Assembly: GCF_009914755.1 (NCBI RefSeq)
Contig: NC_060944.1
Source: the human T2T-CHM13v2.0 reference genome, Homo sapiens
Direction: 5' to 3' (one strand)
Length of the DNA: 64,000 nt
In this document: one piece after another, positions 54,183 through 64,000 of the stretch
How the letters are laid out: every line of letters starts with the position of its first letter
How positions within the stretch are numbered: position 1 is the stretch's first letter
Translations under genes and position numbers: made by a program
Notes under the pieces: generated by a model
Told to the model about the DNA's origin: nothing
The model's input: the letters and a program-made list of their open reading frames with translations, nothing else
Databases searched by the model: none

Positions 54183-55015
54183 AGAATTTGGATAATTTTC
54201 TTAAAAGCAACAGGAGGCCATTGATTGGTGGGCTTTAAGCAAAGAAGTGACCTAGTGACAAACCCATTCATTCAACAGCAAGTAGGAATTGAGCATCATC
54301 TCTCTGTCAGGACTATTCTAGCCCCGGGGGATACTGCAATGGACAGAATGGATGCGGTCCCTGTCCTTGCTGGGCCTGTGTTCTAGTTGAGGCAGCTTAT
54401 CATCTAAAATGCAGGAGTCGATGTGGAAGAACAGCCAGGAAGCTCTCGTGTGTTTTAGGTGTGAGATAATAGTAGTAGTGGAGGCACAGAGAAGTAGGCA
54501 GATTTGAGAAATGAGCGGCTGGCTCCGGCTCAGCTTCAGATTGCCAAGCAAGAAGAGGGATGTTTGTCTCTCAGGGTTGCTGTCTTGGGCCATGGGACCA
54601 TATGTTCTGGGAACTCTGGTCCCCACCACTCCTCCACCCCATGAAGGGGAATCCCCAGGCATCAACCCTGAATGCATCAAGCTGCCCTCCTGGGCAGCAG
54701 CTGGCTTCAGTTGGGGAAGCCTCTGGCCACCCCGGTCCCCTACCCCACCCTTCTAGGTGGGATCTGTGCCCAGCGCTGCATCCATCCATCTGGCCTGACA
54801 TACATCAGTGTCAATCCCTGGCTGCAAAGGCAATATTTATAAATCACGTTTCCAAACTGGCTACACATTTGTACAAAGAAACAGATGGGTTGGGGTAGCC
54901 GTTTGTCACCTAGGATATTTATACAGTGAGGAGGAGGGGGCTTGGCAAGTAGTGGGAAGGGGCTGAGGGACTGGAGGAGGAGGAGGCCTTCCACGGCTGC
55001 TGTGACCTCAGCGTG

Positions 55016-55171
55016 CTGCTGCCACCCTGTCCCCGGAGCTTACACCAGGTGGCACTCTGGATGGCAGCTCTGGTGCCCCCCCCTCTCCCCCAGCTAAACA
55101 AAAGCAACTGAGGCAGAATCTCGGGCCCCTTGGGTTGGAAAGCCTGGTGAACTTGGCAGAGTTGAGCCAAG
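55016..55171. repeat. Diverged direct repeat, copy 2 (partner 52289-52437)
   Basis: Same alignment as copy 1. Confidence 0.9.
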
Positions 55172-55473
55172 GCTAGCTGTGTTTCCTGTGACCTGCTCAG
55201 GATACTACTGGACTAATGAATAGGCAGGGCTGTACTGGTTGTTAAAATATTGAAATACTTCCAAAAAAGGCTTAAATAGCTGTTGACACTAAGCCCCCCA
55301 AATCTCTCCCTGCTGCCTCAGCCTTTTCCCCAGGCAGCCTCCCAACTTTGACACAATCAAGCCACGAAGGAGTTAATGCCTGGTGTAGTAAAGTTTCCAG
55401 GGTCCTGCTCCAGGTTTTGGTCAGCGTCCTTTCTGATTGGCCATCTGAGCTGCACTGGTTGTTAAATCTGTTT

Positions 55474-55775
55474 ATTATTTTTCATTATTTATTTTTAATT
55501 ATTGATTGACTGAGACAAGGTCTCACTCTGTCTTCCAGGCTGGAGTGCAGTGGTGCGATCGTGGCTCAATGGAGCCTCAAACTCCTAGGCTCAAGTGATT
55601 CTCCTGCCTCAGCTTCCTGAGTAGCTGGGACTACAGGTGTGCGCCACCATGCCCAGCTAATTATTATTATTATTTTTAAAGAGATGGGTTTTCACTGTGT
55701 TGTCCAGGCTATTCTCAAACTCCTTGCCTCAAGGGATCCTCCTGCCTTGTGCTGGAGTTATAAACATGAGCCTTA
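55474..55775 (-). mobile_element. AluJ-like
   Basis: Antisense diverged dimer. Confidence 0.85.
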
Positions 55776-55913
55776 CATATTTTTAACAGGACTCCCAGGG
55801 GTACAGATGGGTCTGGCTTCAGAGGCCACTAAGGCCTCCGCATTGGGTGTGAGTGTGTAAAGGCCTTGAGAAGGATCCCAGACCTGTTCCAAGGCCAGAA
55901 GGAACCCACATGA

Positions 55914-56483
<570 letters not shown>

Positions 56484-56883
56484 TGAACACATTTTATCAA
56501 ACACCTACGATATGCCAAGCACTGCTCCAGGCACCTAGGGTTGAACAAAGTCAAGTCCAGACCCTTGTGGAGATTGCATTATTCCTCCACCCCAGCCACT
56601 TATCATCCCCAACATACTTTTTTATTTGTGTCATTTCTGTCTCACCTCACTAGAATATAAACTAGGTTTTGTTGTGTTTGCTGTTGCATTTCCAGGACCC
56701 GGAGCAGACCCCGACACAGAGGCTTTGTGTCTCAATAAACACTCACTAAATAATTGCTGGATGTAGGAATTGACATTTCTAGGTATTAACACTATATCTT
56801 GGTGGCCCTTATCTTACTGGGGCTACCTAGCCACCCGAGGCAGTAGGTGTTACTCCCATTTTAGATGATGAAACTGAGGCTTA

Positions 56884-57526
<643 letters not shown>

Positions 57527-57614
57527 CTATATGACCCTGGGCAGGACTCTTTCTCTCTTAGAGTCTCAGTTTCATCACCTGTAAAATGGGGAGAGGAGTC
57601 AGAAAACTACCTCA

Positions 57615-57955
<341 letters not shown>

Positions 57956-57996
57956 GGAATGTGAGTGGAATAAAGCAGTTTTTAAACTGCAGGGTG

Positions 57997-58299
57997 GGCT
58001 GGGCACAGTGGCTCATGCCTATAATCCCAGCACTTTGGGAGGCCGAGGCAGGCCGATAGCTTGAGCCTGGGAGTTCAAGACTAGTCTGGGCAATACGGCA
58101 AAAATCCCGTCTCTACAAAAAATACGAAAAGTAGCTGGGCATGGTGGCACACATCTATGCTCCGAGCTACTTGGGAGGCTGAGGTAGGAGGATTGCTTGT
58201 GTCTGGGAGGTGGAGGTTGCAACGAGCCACTGCACTCCAGCCTGGCTGACAGAGCGAGACCCTGTCTCAAAAAAAAAAAAAAAAAAATCAAATAAAAAG
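57997..58299 (+). mobile_element. AluJ-like
   Basis: Dimer with A-tail; TSD ctgcagggtg. Confidence 0.9.
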
Positions 58300-58653
58300 C
58301 CAGAAACCTGCAGGGTGGGGAGTGTGTGCACGTGGCTTACTTCAGTCTCCACTCAGAACGGGGGCTCTTTCCACCCTGGACTCTGGCACAATCATTCCTC
58401 ATTTATTCCCTGTCTATATCTTCCCATCTGCCATTTCTTATCCTTGGGACGCCCTCCTCCACTCCACCAACCCACACCCTGCTTGTGTTTGGCCAGTGGG
58501 CTGGGTAACAGCTCCAGCTTGGCCCAGACTTTCCATGTGATCTTAGATCCAACATAGGCCCTGTGGGCGCCTCCGTCCCTCTGTCTATAATATGGGAACA
58601 GGGCAGGGAGACTGTGCCCCTCCCTTCTTGCATCCTAGGGTTTGGAGGCTCAC

Positions 58654-58771
58654 CTTGGATGTCAAGCAGAGAGAAATGAGGGTTGCTGGGAGCTTCAGGC
58701 ACCAGGCGGAAATAGAAGCGGTGCCCGCCTTGGGGCTCGTCTCTGTCCACCACGCTGATGGTCTGGATGAG
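58654..58771 (-). CDS. CDH22: CDH22 exon (118 nt), EC5
   Basis: Acceptor 58772-58773, donor GTGAGC at 58653; LIQTISVVDRDEPQGGHRFYFRLVPEAPSNPHFSLLDIQ (DxD Ca-binding motif). Confidence 0.96.
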
Positions 58772-58891
58772 CTGAAGGGTGAGGAGGGGATAGAGGGCTA
58801 GTGGTGAGGCTGAGACCACTCTGGGTCGAGGTAGAGGATGCTGCTGGCCAGTCCTGGAAGCAACGCCCAGTCCCCACCCCCTCAGGGGTAC

Positions 58892-59013
58892 CTGGCCTGG
58901 CTTGGCATCCTCGCATACAGCTGCCTCGTAGGGTGTGGCCAGTTCTGGGGGATTGTCGTTCACATCCAGGATTCGGATCCTTAGGGATGCCCGGGATAGC
59001 TGTGCATGATTGT
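58892..59013 (-). CDS. CDH22: CDH22 exon (122 nt), EC4-EC5 linker
   Basis: Acceptor 59014-59015, donor GTACCC at 58891; (D)NHAQLSRASLRIRILDVNDNPPELATPYEAAVCEDAKPGQ (DxNDNxP motif). Confidence 0.96.
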
Positions 59014-59182
59014 CTGTAATGAGAGCACAGGAGCAAGGGGAGAGGCATCAAGTGGGAGATCTAGATAGCCTCCTCTCTACTATGAGGACAATAGTAGGCA
59101 GTGGGGTCATGCTGAGAAATTTGTGGGTTAACCAAGCTGGTACAAGGACCAGAACTGGGAACATTTGGGCATAAGTTAAGTA

Positions 59183-59836
59183 ATCATCACTGTAATCACC
59201 ACCACCATTACCATCAACCTTGGCACCATTGGCATTATCACTACAACGCTTGCCACCACAATCACCAGTAGCACCCACTGCCATCACCAACACCATCACC
59301 ACTGTCAGCATCAACACCACCATCACCATCCCATCTCCACCATGGCCACCTTTGCCATCACTACCACTATTACTATTACCACTGTCATCATTAAGCCATT
59401 ACCAATACCACTATTTGCATTATCATCAGTGCGTCTATCAACATAACTATGAGTACCACCATCACCATCCTTATACTGTTACCATCACCACTGCCATCAC
59501 CACCATCACCATCAGGTCATCACCATCACTACCATCACCATTAGAATTAGCACCACCACCACCAGAACCACATCCTCTAGTACTACACCCATCATCTCTA
59601 CCATAAATAATACTAAAGCCATCACCATCACTACCCTCACCACCACCACCAACCCCATCACCATCACCAATATCACCATCACCAATACCACCACCATCTC
59701 TTCCATAGTCACCACAACCACAATCACCAGCCCACCTATTACTACTATTACCCCCATCATAATCACCAATATTACCATCACATCCCTGGCCCCCAACAAC
59801 ACTGTCATCACCACTGCCATCCCCACCCCCTCACCA
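59183..59836. repeat. Degenerate (CAC/CAT)n low-complexity tract
   Basis: About 650 bp of accatc/accacc/atcacc triplets. Confidence 0.9.
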
Positions 59837-60464
59837 CAGAGCACACAGCATGCACGTGGAGCATCTACATTCATTATTTTAAGTATCCTTGCAGAAATCC
59901 TGTGGTTTGGTACAATTTCTATCCCCATATTGCAAAGGAGAAACTAAAACGTGGGATGCTTTCTAGACATGGGTCGGGGCAACTAAACTCCAAGACTTCT
60001 GCTTTCTCAAGACCTGATCCTAAAAGGGCCAGACAAGTCCAAGGAGGTAGATCTTCGCCAGCAAAACCATGATGTCCCCACCTCTCCAAGTTGGGACGTC
60101 TTTAAGATCATGGTCCCTGTCTTATTTATCTCTGGGCTACCAGCATTGTGGGATATGGTACATGTAAATTCTAATATATTAATATTTGCTGAATGAATGA
60201 ATGAAGCCTGGAAAAATTGAGACTGCAGGAGGCTTGAATTCCAGGCGTGGCTGTGTCCCTGACCCAGTGTTTGGTCTTGGGTAAGACCCTGCCTTCTCTG
60301 ATGTCAGTTTCCACACCTGGAAAATGAACAGAGCATAGTGATTATGAGCAGTGCTGGGTAGTTCTGATTCCAGCTCTGCTGTTTTATGTCTGTATAATCC
60401 AAGCCAGGTCATTTGACCTCCCTGTGCCTCAATTTTCTCACCTGCAAAATCGGTCTAATATTGA

Positions 60465-60594
60465 CCCAATTATGCCTAGCGTTCCATTATTGGAACGCTA
60501 AGCATGTGAGAGTTATTTATATCCTACTGCTCAAGGACTTCGCCAAGGTCTGATTGCAAAAATTCAAAAAATTGCAACCTCAGGCATAAATGGG
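60465..60594 (+). mobile_element. MER85 (piggyBac/PGBD3 MITE), full length, inside a MIR
   Basis: TIRs cccaattatgcct / aggcataaatggg; TSD TTGA (60461-60464) / TTAA (60595-60598); internal GTTCCATTATTGGAAC. Confidence 0.93.
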
Positions 60595-61931
60595 TTAATA
60601 GGTCGGTGAAGAGACAGATTGAGTTAATATCTGCAGGGCATTTGAAACTGTGTGTACAACACGTAGCAAGTGCTATATAAGCATTTGTAAATAACCAGAC
60701 ATTCTCGAAGGGTCCTATTAGCAATAACATTAAATAATTCTAGGATGTGGAATACTTCATCCCAGCCTGTCCTCTCTAAGCAGTGCCCTGAATGTTGGTG
60801 CTTTCTAACCCCTCACCAGCCCAGACCTCTGAGTGCTCACTGGTGCTCCATCCTCTGCTATCTTGGCTACATGTTCATTACTGACATGTTCCACCTGCCA
60901 GTGACCTCAGGAACATCTCCTGGAGGAGGAAACCACACCTCACTTCCAAGCAGTGACTTAGAAGATGGGGCTCTCTGGCTGGGCTGGCAGGGAGCTCTCT
61001 GAGGGGCAGCCTGAAAGCTTCCAGGCATCCAGGCTCCCCAAGAGTTTCACGGGGAGTGGGACTGGTCGGCTGCCTCCTGCTGTAAACTCAGGATCCACTG
61101 TGTGCTGACGGCAGCTGCTCACGTGTTGATAAAGAGAGAAACAGAGATAGGAAGGCAGGTGCAGCCACCTCCTGGGGGGGCGGGCGGCGGTCAGGAAAAG
61201 GAGGGGGCTGAGTTCTTAATTAATTCAGACCCCAGCTTCTCTCTGGAGTTCCCCTTAGCCAGGGGCACATTATCTTCTAAGCTCACCAGATCTGCCACTC
61301 CAGTGATTAGAGGGGGCTTTTCCAGGGCGAGAGATGGGAGTCGTGACTGGGAATGCCGGGTGAACCGTTATTTTTAAGAGTGCGTTGCCGGAGAATTTCA
61401 ACAGACAGACGGTCGGTGCTTTTGGGAAGAGGGGGGTGAGGCCCACAGCCAGGAACAGGCGCCTCTTTCCCAGCAGAGGCAGAGGGAGAGTAGAGGGGGC
61501 GGCCAGGGCCTGAGTGCCCTTACAGGGCCCTTTCCCCTGCAGTGGAGGGTGGTGGGGGTGTGTGGGCTGGAGGGAGAGACAGGGTCCTATGGGCCATGTC
61601 GAAGGTACAGCAGGATGGACTGCTGAGTGAGTGATCCGCTCCTGGATGCTCACTGCAGATGAGACCCCCATTATAGCACCTTTGCTTTGGGCTATGCTCG
61701 GCCTCTCTTACCTCTTCTTTTAAAATGTCACAGGTCACCTTGTGAGAAAGCCCTAATGTCCTTGGCATGAGTGAGAGTCTCAGACCTAAGAGGTGGGGCA
61801 GCTGAGTGACCCCTAAATTGCCATCTGCATATCTTATTCTAGGAATTCCTGAATTTAGGGCTGGCATGGAATCCCAGAGCTCATTGGCTGGCCCCAGGTC
61901 AGTACCCATTGCCACTGCCATTGCCCTTGTG

Positions 61932-62078
61932 GCAGTGGGTCTCCAGCACAGCTGTACATCACAATCACCTGGAGAGCCTTTAAAAACACCGATGCCCAAA
62001 GCTTGGTCAGTGATTTTTTTTTTTTTTTTAAACAGCTCCAGAGGATCAGCCTGTAGCAAGGTTTGCAAACCACTATGC
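61932..62078. mobile_element. MER5B-like remnant
   Basis: cagtgggtctcc...atcacaatcacctggagagcctttaaaaacaccgatgccc...ggtttgcaaaccact. Confidence 0.65.
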
Positions 62079-62609
62079 TAGGGTGACTGGGAGGCGGGGG
62101 GAATCCAGCCTGATTGGCTTCCTCCAAACCCCTCCTATCACAATTAGTATCATTTATAAGAATGGAAAATAATCGTATTTTGCCACCTTAAATGTTTCTG
62201 GGATAAAACAAGGAATCCATCTGTTGATTAATCTTGATCTCTGTGCAGGATTTTCCAATTCATAACACTCTCTCTTATTATGACCTCGTGTCATCCTTGA
62301 AATAACCCTTGAAGAAGGCCTTGTTAAACCCACTTTCTGGATGAGGAAACTGAGGCCCACGGAGGGGCAGGAGTTTCCCCACAGCCCTAGCGGAGTCAGC
62401 AGCAGAGCTGGGGTTGGGTCCGAACCCTCCTGACTCCAAGTTCAGCGCTTGGTCCTGATACAATGTCAGGGGCCCTCCTGCTGCCTGGTCATTTGTCCAT
62501 TCAGTGGCAGCTATGGCTTAGACCCAGGCCCAAGTGGATCTCACCCAATGGCCGGCTGCAGGTGCCCCCTCCAAGGACTGGGTGCCCCACAGCCCTCCCC
62601 TCTTGGCTT

Positions 62610-62870
62610 TTCAGTTCAGCTGACTGACATGCAAATTAGTTTAATTATTTCTTCTTCTAAAATAAATTATATTTTGCAGTAGCTGCAATATGTTGTGTCA
62701 GGCAAAATTACATTCAATATTTTTAAACTAATTGATGCAGCCTTGAGGAAGGCTGATTGACAGCCCGGGGCTGAGCAGGCCTGCAGCCTTAACCGATTCC
62801 TAAATTAAAATTAAACGTGCTTTGGCCCGGTGCTTCCTCCTTGAACTGCCTCACCATTAATCCGGGGGGG
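62610..62870. promoter_or_regulatory. Candidate intronic enhancer (octamer, PBX-MEIS decamer, TAAT cluster)
   Basis: ATGCAAAT 62629-62636; TGATTGACAG 62754-62763; multiple TAATT. Confidence 0.5.
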
Positions 62871-64000
62871 TGGCAGGTGAAGCCCCGGGGGTCTGAGGGA
62901 CCTGAGGAGGCTGGGCAGCTCAGGGTGCCTAGGGTAGAGACCAAACTCGGGGCAGGAGAACTGCTGTGCAGTGGGGCAGGTCTCTCACCTTCACTGGGCC
63001 TCAGAGTTTCTTCTGTATAATGGACAGGGGATTGGACTGGACAATCTGGAACTGAAACCTGTGGTTTTTGCTGACAGTTGTGGATCAAGCATCTCCTTTG
63101 TACCAAGGACTCAGCAGTGAACAAGACAGCATGGTCTCGTTCTAGTGGCAGGTACAGACATTACTCCAGACTGTGATAAGAGCTGAGGGAAAAAAGTTAA
63201 GGAGCTGTGAGAGCTTGGAGCAGGGGGTCTTGCCTGGTGGGATGCAGGATGTTTTTCCTGGAAAAACATGATATTTCTGCTGAGTCCTGCTGAGTCCTGA
63301 CTGGGAAGTAATTGTATGAGGGGGATGGGAAAGGAAAGACTGTCTCAGGCAGTGGGATCAGCACGTGCAAAGGCCCTGGGGTGGGAGGGGAGGATGTGGA
63401 TAATGAGACTCTGGATCTCTTCCAAGGAGGATCCCAGCCCCTACTAGAGTTACTCATTTGACATCTGGACCAACCTGAGTGGGCGTGGGGATGGGGATGG
63501 GGGCCAATGGGAAGGCAAGAGGAGACGGGGCCTGGCCTGGTGCCCCTGTTAGGGCGCTCCTATGAATGTGCTCCTCCCTGGAAGAATGGCAACAAACACA
63601 CATTAAGTACATGCCAAGGACCAGGGTCTGGGCTGCCCCATTTCGTCCTGTCAACCACGGTGGGAGGCAGGGAGTGCTGTTGTTGCTGTTTTACTGATGA
63701 GGAAACGGGCTCAGAGGGGTGAGAAAACTTGCCCAAAGTCTCATAGGAGCTGGGACTCGAACCTGGGTCTGGTTTTAAAGGGGAGTTTTTAACCACCACA
63801 TGATGTTGCCTTTCTTGTCTTTAGCTGTCAGAATCCATCTTGCCTTCAAGGCCCTGAACAAATTTCCCTGCTTCCTCCAGGAAGCTTTCCTTGATTGCTC
63901 TCAGTTCTGGGCAATCCAAGGATAAGCCCAAGTCCCCCATGCCCACAAGGCCCCCCATGATCATCCTGCTGTGGTCTCTCTGGCCTCGTTGCTACCCCTC

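Noticed and set aside
59048-59928. Val/Met-rich and Thr/Ile/His-rich ORFs resembling TM or mucin proteins
   Set aside because: Translations of the (CAC/CAT)n tract

Overview
Human DNA (recognised as the 20q13.12 CD40-CDH22 interval). The left end holds the last three coding exons and the 3' UTR of CD40 (+ strand): TM exon 190-276, 29-nt exon 382-410, terminal exon from 934 with stop at 1090-1092. The right third holds the last four exons of the type II cadherin CDH22 (- strand): 59013-58892, 58771-58654, 50250-49999, 47130-46559 plus 3' UTR. The two genes converge across about 44 kb of repeat-rich intergenic DNA. The window carries about 24 Alus, many MIR/L2 fragments, old L1s, MLT1/LTR16 LTRs, DNA-transposon MITEs (MER5, MER53, MER58A, MADE1, MER85), microsatellites and several homeodomain-motif-rich unique segments. 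I find no new protein-coding gene; the remaining ORF-track entries are repeat-derived, low-complexity or shadow frames. I cannot support a wholly new biological system. The best second-look items are: (1) a ~98%-identical 178-bp inverted local duplication inserted cleanly into a MER5A 3' of CD40, beside a strong CTCF motif; (2) a full-length MER85 with an intact CSB-PGBD3-type palindrome in a CDH22 intron; (3) stop-free in-frame introns in both genes, and a CD40 terminal exon open in all three forward frames; (4) transposon-derived poly(A) signals for both genes; (5) a palindrome-seeded 20-bp minisatellite; (6) a ~150-bp intronic duplication differing at a CTCF-like motif. Repeat family names and boundaries come from remembered consensus sequences, are approximate, and need RepeatMasker/Dfam confirmation.
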